The translations under genes and the position numbers were made by a program. Positions 27,335 to 40,328 of a DNA stretch of 64,000 nucleotides are shown here, piece by piece. The notes beneath the pieces were generated by a model. The model saw only the letters and a program-made list of their open reading frames with translations. It made no database searches and was not told where the DNA came from. The stretch comes from Octopus vulgaris. Lineage: Eukaryota. Each line of letters begins with the position of its first letter. The stretch's first letter is position 1. Where the stretch lies: positions 112,220,001-112,284,000 of the forward strand of contig OX597814.1 in assembly GCA_951406725.2 (NCBI GenBank). The letters run 5' to 3'.

Positions 27335-27483
27335 CGCCTGGTAAGAAGCTTACTTCCCAACCACATCGTTCTGGGTTCAGTCCCATTGCGTGGCAGCTTG
27401 GACAAGTGTCTTCTACTATAGCCTCGGGCCGACCGAAGCCTTGTGAGTGGATTTGGTAGACAGAAACTGAAAGAAGCCCATCG

Positions 27484-27549
<66 letters not shown>

Positions 27550-27735
27550 TCCCCCTCCCACCGTCGCATGACAACCGATGCTGGTGTGTTTATGTCTCCG
27601 TAATCTAGCGGTTCGGCAAAAGAGACCGAAAGATTAAGTACTGGGCTTACAAAGAATATGTCCTGGAGTCGATTTGTTCGATTAAAGGCGGTGCTCCAGC
27701 AGCGCCGCAGTCAAATGACTGATGCAAGTAAAAGA
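27335..27735 (+). mobile_element. SINE family A
   Basis: GGTAAGAAGCTTACTTCCCAACCAC...GGGTTCAGTCCC...GTCAAATGACTGATGCAAGTAAAAG. Confidence 0.9.
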
Positions 27736-27864
27736 ATATATATATAACACGCACACGCACACAAATTGGAGTGGCATAGGATCATGTGTAGATATAAATA
27801 CATATAAGTATATATATGTGTGTGTAAAACTACACACACATACGCGACTGACAGACAGACAGAC

Positions 27865-27976
<112 letters not shown>

Positions 27977-28448
27977 ATAAGTTCTTGAGAAAAATGGAAG
28001 GCCGATGTTACCATGGAACTCGGAAAGTTAATATAGTAAATAGCAGAAAATAATGAGCTTATAAGAAAATACGACAGACGTCTATAAACGCAAGTGAATA
28101 TATATGCGTTTATGCGTACATTTGTGTAAGTGTGTGTGTGTGTATAAGTACGTTTATGCGTTTGTAAGTGTGCGGGCGGGCGACTTTACATATTTCATCG
28201 TAGTCACATACGCCATCAGCACACATAAATATGTAGATATGTGTGTTTCTTACAAGAAATATGACAAAAGCAACAGCCTGTCAAATACCTCAGAGTGATA
28301 GTGCCAGGCAATATGGCTCCAGGTTGGGTATTTAGCGAGGTGGGGTCCCTCTATCTAGAAATCCGTGCAGCCCCTTCTGACAGGGAGCAGTGTGCCCCAG
28401 GAGATATTCCACTTGTATCAGTTACATAGAATACAATTTAGAGCTGTA

Positions 28449-28496
<48 letters not shown>

Positions 28497-28597
28497 TGTG
28501 CGTAGAAACGAATATGGTCCTTGTGTGTGTTCTTCTGCGCGCTTGATTTGTATGAGTTCAACGTGTGTGTACAAGGAGAGAATGAGAGAGAGAGAGG

Positions 28598-28671
<74 letters not shown>

Positions 28672-28927
28672 ATAATAAGTTTAGTTCGGTACAGATTTGA
28701 ACAGAGATACAAGTCAGAAACATATGGCTATAAAACAATCGCCATCTAAAATTGACATCAAGATTACATATATATATATAAGCACAAACACCACACGCAT
28801 TTACACATGTTTGTGTGTCTGTCTCTCTCTATAAATGTATGTGTGTGTGTGTGTGTTAGAGAGGGAGAGAGAGAGAATGAATGAACGTGTGTGTAAGCAC
28901 ACGTTTATATGTATGTATGTATGTATG

Positions 28928-28967
<40 letters not shown>

Positions 28968-28973
<6 letters not shown>

Positions 28974-29272
28974 ATCCAAACAAGAAAACACAGAAAAAAA
29001 CACAGCAACGCGAGGACGTGGAACAATTAAAGTATTATTTGACGCTCAGGAAAGAGGGAAGGAGGGTTTAACGTTTCGAGCGGAGCGATACATCGCTAGC
29101 CACTCACATTCTTTATTTTCTCTCCTTGTTTCTTTCTGTGTTCCTTCCTGTGGAAGAACGTAGGCTCGAAACGTTAAAAACTTTTTTCACTTCCTGAGCG
29201 TTATACTAATACATCTGTTTGTTGTCTACACCACCTGTCTTCGTCTTTTGTTTGTTTTTTTTTGTGAATTCT

Positions 29273-29277
<5 letters not shown>
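28968..29277. mobile_element. Head-to-head Penelope-like terminal fragments (- 28968-29086; + ~29105-29277)
   Basis: GTTTCGAGC and GCTCGAAACGTT half-HHR motifs in opposite orientation; both outer ends abut (TA)n. Confidence 0.6.
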
Positions 29278-29366
<89 letters not shown>

Positions 29367-29473
29367 GTATGTACCGGAGTAAGCACATAAATGCGAGGCA
29401 AGGTGGAAAAAATAATACTCGAATACCAGAGGTAGAGTAATATGCTTTATTGAAAAGCAGCAGAAATATCACA

Positions 29474-29519
29474 AAAACTGTTACTCAGAGTTTCACGTTC
29501 CCGTTCGTCGGACAGTTTT
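29474..29519 (-). ncRNA. Type I HHR, U4C core, 8-bp helix I
   Basis: rc aaaactgt CCGACGA acg-ggaa-cgt GAAA ctctgag TA acagtttt. AATAAA follows on the same strand (about 29445-29450). Confidence 0.8.
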
Positions 29520-30120
29520 GTTTACATATATGTATGTATATATGCGTATACATGTATGTAACCCAGTATAATCGAATCCAGTGACTTAAACGAGTAACGG
29601 AATAAATGAACAAAACTGTATGTATATACTCACACACTACAAACTCACACGTGTATGTATATATTATATGTATGTATGCATCTTTTGGATGACCTGGACA
29701 GCACGCACGCGCACGCACACACATACACACACACACAAACATACACACGCACACACATAAAATGTATATGGAATATGCTCAATTTAGAAGACGGGGACCA
29801 TAGTTCACAGGAGATTTCAATATACAATAAGGTATATATTAAAATTTTGGTTGCGAAGGACCCTACCGAGGACTCGATCATTTTACTGGACCAGTGACAC
29901 GGACGAAGCGTCCCTAGGCCCTCTCGAAAACAAAATCACTATCCTGTTTTTGTTCCCAACTTTGGCCCTCCATAAATCCAAAATTTTATTTTGGTACTTA
30001 TGGGAGCAACTACCTTCGAAGACTCATATTGTTGTTGAATACACTCGAAATGAGGAGTAGATAGATAGACAGCCGACAACTGATGAAGGGTCGTTCTTTG
30101 TGTTACTTGTCCTATTTATG

Positions 30121-30408
30121 TGGAGGCACATGGCCTAGTGGTTAGAGCAGCGGACTCGCAGTCGAGGGATCGTGGGTTCCAATCTCAGACCGGGCGATGT
30201 CTGTGTTTATGAGCGAAACACCTAAACTCCACGCGGCTCCGGCAGAAGGTAATGGCGAACTTCTGCTGACTCTTTCGCCACAACTTCCTCTCACTCTTTC
30301 CCCCTGCATCTTGTAGCTCACCTGCGACGGATCGACGTCCCGTCCAGGTGGGGAACCTATACGCCAAGGAAACCTTATGAGCCAGGCGTGGCTCGAGAAG
30401 GAACAAAC
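30121..30408 (+). mobile_element. SINE family C
   Basis: TGGAGGCACATGGCCTAGTGGTTAGAGCAGCGGACTCGC head. Confidence 0.85.
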
Positions 30409-30929
30409 ATATATATATATATATATATTCTGTTGTCATATAAAGAATCTTGCAAACCAAGTCCAAAAACGATACATATATATACATATACATACAGAGT
30501 CACACACACAGCATACCAAAATGTATCCATGTCAAAACGCAACCAAGCCACTCGATAGATATGGTCGATAGAATAATTACAAGACTAACTTAGGTACTAA
30601 GGTTGATATAAACGAGTTCGAACCACAACATGGTTACGCTCAAATGAACAGTCAAAATATTTATACAGAGGCGACCATTGAGTTCGTGTAAGAAGTTGAC
30701 GTAAAGCATAACTGTAAAAGAATCTTTGAACCGTCGGGGTCTCTCTATAAAACATATAATATATTCAATATGGGTAATCTTTAAAATATCGAGTTAGAAA
30801 ATTAGAGACGAAACGCATTTCATTCTAGAGAGACCAATATGAGGCGAATCTTATTGATTTCTGGAGAGAGAAATGAGTATCCCATACGTTGTAACTCTGT
30901 AAATTAGTTGGATAGAATTAGTTCCTTTG

Positions 30930-31086
30930 GATTATGTAGGATAATGACATTATTTACATTTGACAGATTTTCATCTTGTTTGTTGTTAACACAACGTTTC
31001 GGCTGATATACCTTCATCAGGTGTCTTGGGGAAATTTCGAACCTGGATTCTCATTCCTAAGGTATTTTCGATGCTATTATTATTAC

Positions 31087-31132
<46 letters not shown>

Positions 31133-31200
31133 TCACTGCTTGGAATTGAACTCGGAATCTTGGGGTTAGTAGCCCGCGCTCTTAACCACTACACAATATG
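30930..31200 (-). mobile_element. SINE family D (tRNA head + HHR tail), second copy
   Basis: rc GTAGTGGTTAAGAGCGCGGGCTACTAACCCCAAGATTCCGAGTTCAATTCC with intact B-box; (TAA)n; HHR gacac CTGATGA agg-tatatcag-cc GAAA cg TT gtgtt at 30988-31025. Confidence 0.8.
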
Positions 31201-31585
31201 TTGTTCAGAAAGTGGAATATATAATATAGAAACCTGGCACTCTGTCGGTTACGACAACGAGGGTTCCAGTTGATCCGATGACCAGAACAACCTGCTCGTG
31301 AAATCCACGTTCAAGTGGCTGGGCAGAAACACGCGTGCCCTTGACGCAGTGCTCAGAGAGATTCAGCGTGACTCAGGATGCGACAAGGCTGGCCCTTTGA
31401 AATATAGGTACAAGTCATTGTTGCCAGCTGAGTGGACTGATGTAACGAGAAAGGAAATGTCTTGATTGAGGATACTTCAGCAGGTACTTCCGCTCTGAAT
31501 TGAACTCACGACCGTGAGCCAAATACCTTGAGCACAAAAGCAGGCCTTCACAGAAAGGGGAATATCAATTATCAAATAACCATAA

Positions 31586-31746
31586 GCGTAGGAGCGGCTG
31601 TGTGGTAAGTAGCTTGCTAACGAACCAAATGGTTCCGTGTTCAGTCCTACTGCGTGGCACCTTGGGCAATTGCCTTCTACTATAGCCTCGGGCCAACCAA
31701 AGCCTTGTGAGTGGATTTGGTATACGGAAACTGAAAGAAGCCCGTC

Positions 31747-31796
<50 letters not shown>

Positions 31797-31998
31797 TTGT
31801 GTATCTGTGTTTGCCCCTCCCCCAACATCGCTTGACAACCGATGCTGGTGTGTTTACGTACCCGTAACTTAGCGGTTCAGTAAAAGAGACCGATAGATTA
31901 AGTACTAGGCTTACAAAGAATAAGTCCTGGGGTCGATTTGCTCGACTAAAAGTGCTCCAGCATGACTACAGTCAAATAACTAAAACAAGTAAAGAGAG
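31586..31998 (+). mobile_element. SINE family A
   Basis: Full-length match to other family A copies. Confidence 0.9.
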
Positions 31999-32735
31999 TA
32001 TAACATTCACTCTATACACGTAAGCTCAGTGTCAGAGTGAAGGTGCTGATTGTGTTTGATTGATCCATGTGGCTCATGCGCATCAACTGAATGCTCCATA
32101 GAAGTGACAAAAGTCGTTACAGGAAGAATTTCAAGAGTCATAAGAAAGTGGGAGAATAAAACAGAAAAAGGTATTTTAGATAAGACCGGAAAGGTTATTA
32201 GACGAATGAAAGATTGGCAGAGAGGGAGAGAGAAAAGAAAAAAGAAATTCAGGCGTCATCTAATATGAGAATCAGGTAAGAGACGAACAGGGAGTAAAAT
32301 ATGAGGAGGGATGAAGGAAAGAGTGAGTGAGGAAGAAATTGTGCGAGTAAGAGAAGTTCAGAAAAGACATAACATTATAATAAAGGCAGGAGAATTAGAG
32401 GGGTAACGTGATAAAATATCAGAAGTATGGAGAGTGAGTAAAAGATTTAGAGAATGACAAAAGTTTACCCATAGAGAGAGTGTGAGAAAAAGATAGATAA
32501 TCATACAGAGAGAGAGAGAGAGAGCGAAAGATTAGGAAGTGATACAATTATTAAAGTGTCTGAAGTGCTACTTATTCATAGCTGGAATGATTAAGTATCG
32601 GATCTGTGTGATCAATATTATTGTCAACGTAGTTCTCACCATCATCTTCTTTCATTCAATCGACGTCATTCAAACCTCATCATATTCTGCCTCATCTACA
32701 TCCTCATTTTGGTGGTGGTAGTGGTGGTGGTGGTG

Positions 32736-32885
32736 GGGGCAGTCGATTACATCGACCCCAGTGCTCGATTGGTACTTAATTTCATCGACCCTGATAGGGA
32801 TGAAACATAAAATCGACCTCGGTGGAATTTGAACTCAGAACGCAAAGACGGATGAAACGCTACGAAGTATTTTGTCCGGCGTGTA
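32736..32885 (-). mobile_element. SINE family B
   Basis: GTCGATTACATCGACCCCAG...GAATTTGAACTCAGAACG. Confidence 0.8.
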
Positions 32886-32946
32886 AATAATACCGATATA
32901 TTGTCACTCACATACACACACTGGAAAAGTAGGAGTGCATGTATAT

Positions 32947-33010
<64 letters not shown>

Positions 33011-33481
33011 GTGTGTGTGTCAGAGAGAGAGAGAGAGCGAGACAGACAGACAGACAGACAGAGAAACAGAGTTAGAGCTGGAGGGCTGCAATTTCTGTGC
33101 GGTAATTACGCTGGTTTCCGGAAATTTCTAAATACCGACATCAAACGGATACAAAGGGACACCCCTTTATAATCCGTTTAATTACAAGTAGGCATACACA
33201 TATATACAAACACACCCAGGTAGATAGCAGACAGTAGCGAACAGGTGTGCGTCTAACCGGCCGCTCAGCTAAGCCTCATAGAAGAAATAGCAGGTAAACT
33301 TACCTCAAATCATACACTCACTCTTTTACACATTTCATTCACTGGACTGTGGCCATTCTGGAGGTTTTCTTGATCAAAACAACGATCTTCAGTGCTTATT
33401 TTAGATTGGTACATATTTTAACGATCGGTTAACTGGCTTTTTAACATAAAGGGAGCTAGTGAGGCACATTGGTTTACACTT

Positions 33482-33821
33482 ATAAAGGGAAGCTTATGAG
33501 AGCTCAAAATCTCTCGTGGAAGCGTCATCCAACCAAAATGCAAATATATGGGAAACTACCACCTGTGTCATCTCTTGTGAAAGGTAGAAGAGTCCAGTTT
33601 ACTGGACATTGTTGTAGAGCTGAAAACGAGGCAATTTCTACTCTTCTCCTCTGGAAGCCATCTACTCGCAATACCAGAGGGCGCACACTCTCCTACCCTG
33701 ATGTAATCTCCAGGGATACAGGCATCCAGCAACAGGACCTCCGTAATGCCATGATGGACCGTGAAGTCTGGCGTAGCATGGTAAATTCCATTGTCTCGAC
33801 CACGGTCGAACAATGATGATG
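33482..33821 (+). mobile_element. 5'-truncated RTE-type LINE with TSD
   Basis: Open frame LMRAQNLSWKRHPT...RRVQFTGHCCR...LLLWKP...MMDREVWRSMV* is an RTE-like ORF C-terminus. (TGA)n tail; 24-bp duplication AGTGAGGCACATTRGTTTACACTT at 33458-33481 and 33822-33845. Confidence 0.9.
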
Positions 33822-34369
33822 AGTGAGGCACATTAGTTTACACTTGTTTACCGACACGTACAGTCACAAACATAAATACACTTCGAAGTTACTGCCACCC
33901 CTCTTTTAGTCAATGTGTGTGTATGTGTGTATGTGTGTATGTGTGTGTGTGTGTGTGTGTGTGCGTGTACGGATGACTGTTACCTGTTGAATTTCCGTCT
34001 AGCAGTTACTGTAACTTCGTGGCACAACACGAGGTAACAGTAGAAAAAACAACAACAAAAAAAAAATTGCCTCAGATGTGCTTCAGCGGTTAACGAACCC
34101 GGAATCACATGGTTGGGAACCAACTTATCTCCTTCTTCAACTAACACTACGCCACCCCAACTAACTAATTCACCTACTCTTATTAATTGGCACCTCCAAC
34201 TACCTGAACCCCGCCCGCTCCTTTACCGCTTATACTAATTTTGCATTTACGTGTCATCTTGTAGAATCGTTTTTGCGTGGGTTTTGTATATTTCTGTATG
34301 TTGTTCTTTGCAGTTGTAGTTTTTATTTCTTACGTGCTTTTGTACATTTCATGTATATGTGAGAATGTG

Positions 34370-34885
34370 TTTTTGTTGCGTATGTGTGCGTGCGTGTATA
34401 TAAGCGTATATGCGTGTGTATGTGTGTATATGTGTGCGTGTGTTAGTGTACTTGCGCATGTGGGTGTGTGCGCGTGTGAGTGTGTGTATGTGTGTGCGCG
34501 CGTGCAAGTGCGTGTGCATGTTTGTACGTGCGATTGTGCGTGTCTGTGTGGTATGTGTGTGTGCATGCGTGTGTGTGTGTATGTATGTGCGCGTGCGGAT
34601 GCATTTGTGTGTACGTGCGTGCGGGTATGTGTGTGTTGCGCGCGCGTGTACGTGCGTATGCATGTGCATGAGTGTGCGTGCGTGTGTGTGTTTCAGGACG
34701 ACGTGTTGGCTAAGTCTATGAGCAGTAAGAAGAAAGGGGTGGATGATAAAGGAATAAATTATCTTATACGGATATTGAGTTCTACATCGAGTTATTGGTC
34801 TCACAATGCCAAAGTGGAATGAGTACGTGTGCGTGCGCGTGCATGTGCGTGCGCGTGCATGTGCGTGCGCGTGCATGTGCGTGCA
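34370..34885. repeat. Degenerate alternating purine-pyrimidine (GT/GC)n tracts
   Basis: Two long RY-alternating blocks with many CG steps. Confidence 0.85.
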
Positions 34886-34893
34886 TACATACA

Positions 34894-34927
<34 letters not shown>

Positions 34928-34944
34928 CATAAATAAATATATTA

Positions 34945-35030
34945 CAGTAATCCCTCGACTATCGCGGGTGCTGCGCTCCAAAAACCCCTGCGATAGGTGA
35001 AGATCCACGAAGTAGAAACAATACTGTAAC
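34945..35030 (+). mobile_element. pogo/Tigger-like terminal fragment
   Basis: TA|CAGTAATCCCTCGACTATCGCGGG resembles Tigger-type TIRs; no partner TIR seen. Confidence 0.55.
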
Positions 35031-35057
35031 TGTATATATATTTTCCTTATTATTTTA

Positions 35058-35632
35058 GGGCTGCGAACTGGCAGAAACGTTGGCACGCCAGGTGAAATGC
35101 GTAGCCGTATTTCGTCTGCCGTTACGTTCAGAGTTCAAATTCCGCGGAGGTCGACTTTGCTTTTCATCCTTTCGGGGTCGATTAAATAAGTACCAGTTAC
35201 GCACTGGGATCGATATAATCGACTTAATCCGTTTGTCTGTCTTTGTCCTCTCTGTGTTTAGCCCCTTGTGGGTAGTAAAGAAATAGGTATTTCGTCTGTC
35301 TTCGTGTTCTGAGTTCAAATTCTGCCGAGGTCGACTTTGCCTTTGATCCTTTTGGGGTCGATAAATTAAGTGCCAGTTAAATACTGGGGTCGATCTAATC
35401 GACTGACACCTCCCCCACCATTGTGCCTAGAGTTGAAAAGGATATCATAACTATAGAAAGGTGGCGATGACAAAATTGTTAGCACGCCAGGCGAAATGCT
35501 TTGCAGTATTTCGTGTCTTCACGGTCTGAGTTCAAATTCAGCCGAGTTCGACTTTGCCTTTCATCCTTTCGAGGTCTTTAAATTAATTACTGGTTCGTAT
35601 TGGGGTCGATCTAATCGACTGGCACTCTCCCC
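35058..35632 (+). mobile_element. Dimeric SINE B (35058-35440) followed by another SINE B (35460-35632)
   Basis: Three successive GAGTTCAAATT...GTCGACTTTGC..TTTCATCC-type bodies. Confidence 0.85.
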
Positions 35633-35952
35633 ACAAAAAAAAAAAAATGGTAGGTACATACAATACGCCATATATATTGAACCTTCTATTAGTTTGTTTC
35701 TTTCTTTATATGTTAAATAAATACCTTGGAACGAAACTCAATCCTTTGAGTAACTGCTGCAGTATTTTTGGGGCAAATAAAGCAGGATATACACTTAGCT
35801 TTCAGTACTGAGTTCGCTTTCAATCACTTATGTGTGTGTGTGTGTGTGCGTATGTTTGTGTGTGTGTGTCTGTGTGTGTTTGCGTGTGTGTGTATGTATA
35901 CCTGTGGGCGAGAGAAAATAAAACTAGATAAATATATAGACATATATGCGTG

Positions 35953-36008
<56 letters not shown>

Positions 36009-36359
36009 ACATAGGAAGAGTGAGAGAGGTGTGTATACATATGTATATATGTGTGTGCGTGTGTATATATATATATGCATATAAGTGCATGTGAGTAGGT
36101 GTATCGGTGTGTGCGTGCATACAGTTACATAGATTAATCATCTCCCTCTCCCTCACTATGTGTGTGTTCGTGTGTGTCTCTGTGTATGTGTCTGAGTGTG
36201 TGCGAATGTGTGTTTGCGCATGTGTGCTCTTGGTATGTGCTTCTGCATAAATGGACGAATCTCATTCGGCCTTTTAATGTCCATTCTATTTTGTAGTTGT
36301 ATGTTTGTATGTATATGTAAGACAGAAGAGACTTCCTTAGATCTCCAGTATATATACAT

Positions 36360-36414
<55 letters not shown>

Positions 36415-36963
36415 TACACAGTCCTTTTGACCCAGGGTTTAATTAAGGGGCAAGCACCAGCGAAGCCTGTCTTCAATAGTCGGTGCTCTTAAAATTCTCT
36501 CCACATTATCGCAGCAATATAAATAGAATATATATATAGACACCATTCCACGCCGGCTGTTTTTATTTTAGTTTAGTTTAACACATCATGGTTTTATATA
36601 TATTTATTTTACTGCCTATATATATATTTTTTATTTTCGCTGTTTTATTTATATATATATTTAGTTTGGTGACAACTATTTTAGTTTCGGCGTAATGTCT
36701 TTGCGATTTTCGAATATATATCAAATACCCTGACAAAATGAGTAGACATGGAATGGAGTGCTTTCTTTTTTACCTTAGTTTTTCGTTCTGTTATTATTAT
36801 TATTATTATTATTATTTTATTTTTTGGGTCGGTCTTCCTTTTTGATTAAACCCATTCTGTTGCTCTTCAAATGGAATCGGTGTATTTTAGTAATTTTTTT
36901 TTGTTTTTGTATTTAACACAGATACGCACGTATGCATGCGTATATGCATTTTTGACTAATTCA

Positions 36964-37001
<38 letters not shown>

Positions 37002-37085
37002 GCACACACACACAGTCAGAGAGAGATATATACATACGAGTATATACATTTAGAAATATATACATATATAGATACATGCACACAC

Positions 37086-37145
<60 letters not shown>

Positions 37146-37341
37146 ATGTATACATACGTACACAAACGCACGCTCAGAATATACACACACACACACGCGC
37201 ACACACAAACACACGTCTCTGTGTGTGTCTGCCTGATTCTAAGGAAATTTTATCACCTAACAGCATTATCCAGTTGCCGTTCAATTTTATGTACTGGAAT
37301 TTATTTCGGTATTTATTTATGTCTCTGTTCGATCACTGTAG

Positions 37342-37400
37342 GAGATGAGGTGGCTCCCAGACGTATCGCTAATGCCAACCAATTTCCAATAGCACAAGAT
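37342..37400 (+). CDS. Candidate internal coding microexon (59 nt) of an unidentified gene
   Basis: Acceptor ttatgtctctgttcgatcactgtag|G; donor GAT|gtgagt. Only one of three frames is open: (x)[19 protein letters not shown]. Unique-looking sequence amid repeats. Confidence 0.5.
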
Positions 37401-37634
37401 GTGAGTGAAGCAAGTTCACTTTACGGCGTCACGCTCGTAACTATCACACTGTCATGCCTTTATATATATATATATATATATATACATATAGTATATAAAT
37501 ATTATATATATTGTATATAAACACACACACACATATATAGTTTATATATATATATATATATACATACATATATATTGTATATAAATTTTATATATGTATA
37601 TATATATATAAATTTTATATATATATATATATAG

Positions 37635-37670
<36 letters not shown>

Positions 37671-37772
37671 AAGTAGTAAATATATGGCACAACGAAGTAC
37701 CGATATTTACGGGCTTTCTTTACTGGAAAGCAATACTGTAGTATTGCATTACTAATTTATATATATATATAT

Positions 37773-39837
37773 ATAGATGAACATCAATGGAATTTGTATC
37801 TTTGTGGTACCAGTGCCGGTGGCACACAAGAATCCATCCGAACGTGGCCGTAGTCAGTACCGCTTGTGGTACCAGTGCCGGTGGCACACAAGAATCCATC
37901 CGAACGTGGCCGTAGTCAGTACCGCATCACTGGCCATCGTGCTGTGGGCACATAACAAACACCATCCGGTCGTGGCCGTTCGCCAGCCTCATCTAGCACC
38001 TGTGTCGGTGGCACATAAAAAGTAGTCAGTACCGCTTGTGGTACCAGTGCCGGTGGCACACAAGAATCCATCCGAATATGGCCGTAGTCAGTACCGCATC
38101 ACTGGCCATCGTGCTGTGGGCACATAACAAACACCATCCGGTCGTGGCCGTTCGCCAGCCTCATCTAGCACCTGTGTCGGTGGCACATAAAAACACCATC
38201 CGAAGACCCGGCAAGACTAGTCAGGCCATAAACCATGGCCCCTACCTGGGACGTAGTCAGTCCACCTGTGCATACCTTCCTCCTTGTGATACTTGTGAAG
38301 GCCTGTTGAGGCAAGTGAAAATCAAAATCAAAATCAAAATCAAATCAAAACAAATCAAAATAGATGAACATCAATGGAATTTGTATCTTTGTGGTACCAG
38401 TGCCGGTGGCACACAAGAGAAAACCATCCGAAAGTGGCCGTAGCCAGTACCGCATCGACTGGCCTCCGTGCTGTGGGCACATGACAAACACCATCCGATC
38501 GTGGCCGTTCGCCAGCCTCATCTAGCACCTGTGTCGGTGGCACATAAAAACACCATCCGAAGACCCGGCAAGACTAGTCAGGCCATAACCCTGGGACGTA
38601 GTCAGTCCACCTGTGCATTCCTTCCTTCTTGTGACACTTGTGAAGACCTGTTGAGGCAAGTGAAAATCAAATAAAAATCAAAATCAAAACAAATCAAAAT
38701 AGATGAACATCAATGGAATCTGTATCTTTGTGGTACCAGTGCCGGTGGCACACACTTTGTGATACCAGTGCCGGTGGCACACAAGAGAACCATCCGAACG
38801 TGGCCGTAGCCAGTTCCGCATCGACCGGCCTCCGTGCTGTGGGCACGTAACAAACACCATCCGATCATGGCCGTTCGCCAGCCTCATCTGGCACCTGTGT
38901 CGGTGGCACATAAAAACACCTTCCGAAGACCCGGCAAGACTAGTCAGTCCACCTGTGCATACCTTCCTTCTTGTGACACTTGTGAAGACCGGTTGAGGCA
39001 AGTGAAAATCAAATCAAATCAAATCAAAATAGACAAAATAGATGAACATCAATGGAATTTGTATCTTGTGGTACCAGTGCCTGTGGCACACAAGAAATCC
39101 ATCAGTGCTGTAGTCAGTGCGGTGGGCACATGACAAACACCATCCGATCGTGGCCGTTCGCCAGCCTCATCTAGCACCTGTGTCGGTGGCACATAAAAAC
39201 ACCATCCGAAGACCCGGCAAGACTAGTCAGGCCATAACCCATGGCCCCTACCTGGGACGTAGTCAGTCCACCTGTGCATACCTTCCTTCTTGTGACACTT
39301 GTGAAGACCTGTTGAGGCAAGTGAAAATCAAAATCAAAACAAATCAAAATAGATGAACATCAATGGAATTTGTATCTTTGTGGTACCAGTGCCGGTGAAA
39401 CGTGGCACACAAGAAAACCATCCGAACGTGGCCGTAGCCAGTACCACATCGACTGGCCTCCGTGCTGTGGGCACGTAACAAGCACCATCCGATCGTGGCC
39501 GTTTGCCAGCCTCATCTGGCACCTGTGTCGGTGGCACATAAAAACACCATCCGAGCGTGGCCGTCTGCCAGCCTCGTCTGGCACCTGTGTCGGTGGCACA
39601 TAAAAAACACCATCCGAGCGTGGCCGTTTGCCAGCCTCGTCTGGCACCTGTGTCGGTGGCACATAAAATCACCCACTACACTCTCGGAGTGGTTGGCGTT
39701 AGGAAGGGCATCCAGCTGTAGAAACACTGCCAGATCTGACTGGACTGGTGCAGCTTTCGGGCTCCCCAGACCCCAGTTGAACCGTCCAACCCATGCTAGC
39801 ATGGAAAGCGGACGTTAAATGATGATGATGATGATGA

Positions 39838-39840
<3 letters not shown>
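37773..39840 (+). repeat. Five-unit tandem concatemer of a SINE-like element ending in a (TGA)n tail
   Basis: Units start ATAGATGAACATCAATGG at 37773, 38360, 38699, 39038 and 39349. The last unit continues into GGCGTTAGGAAGGGCATCCAGC...GGACGTTAAA(TGA)n. Flanked by (TA)n. Confidence 0.9.
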
Positions 39841-39874
<34 letters not shown>

Positions 39875-39946
39875 TATATATATATATTGTATACAAACAT
39901 AATATCTAAATATATAACTTATATATATATATGTTAATTGTATATA

Positions 39947-39996
<50 letters not shown>

Positions 39997-40328
39997 CTTA
40001 TTATTATTTTGTACATGGATGATAATGATGATGATGACGACGACGACGACGATGATGATGATGATGATGACGATATTGAAGATAGCGGTGGCGATTTAAA
40101 AATGGCGATGAACGACGACGACGTGGATGACGATTGAGAGGAAAAACAGGAAAACACTTCCGGTTTTGGTAGAGAGGCGTTCAGCATGTTCCTCAGGCTT
40201 TTGTTTCGCTTGTTCTTTTCGGATCGTAAAACATCATTTAGCGGAAGTTTTTGCCAACAAATGGCTGGGATAACCATAGTTATCACACTTCTTTCAACTC
40301 CCTATATATATTATTCTATCGTTATTAC

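Noticed and set aside
30040-30095. Permuted (type II-like) HHR, CTCGAAA...CTGATGAAGGGT, also at about 55936-55981
   Set aside because: Helices I and III cannot be formed convincingly; kept only as a two-copy repeat fragment.
37777-39818. ORFs within the concatemer
   Set aside because: Frames are not preserved between units and no domain is recognisable.
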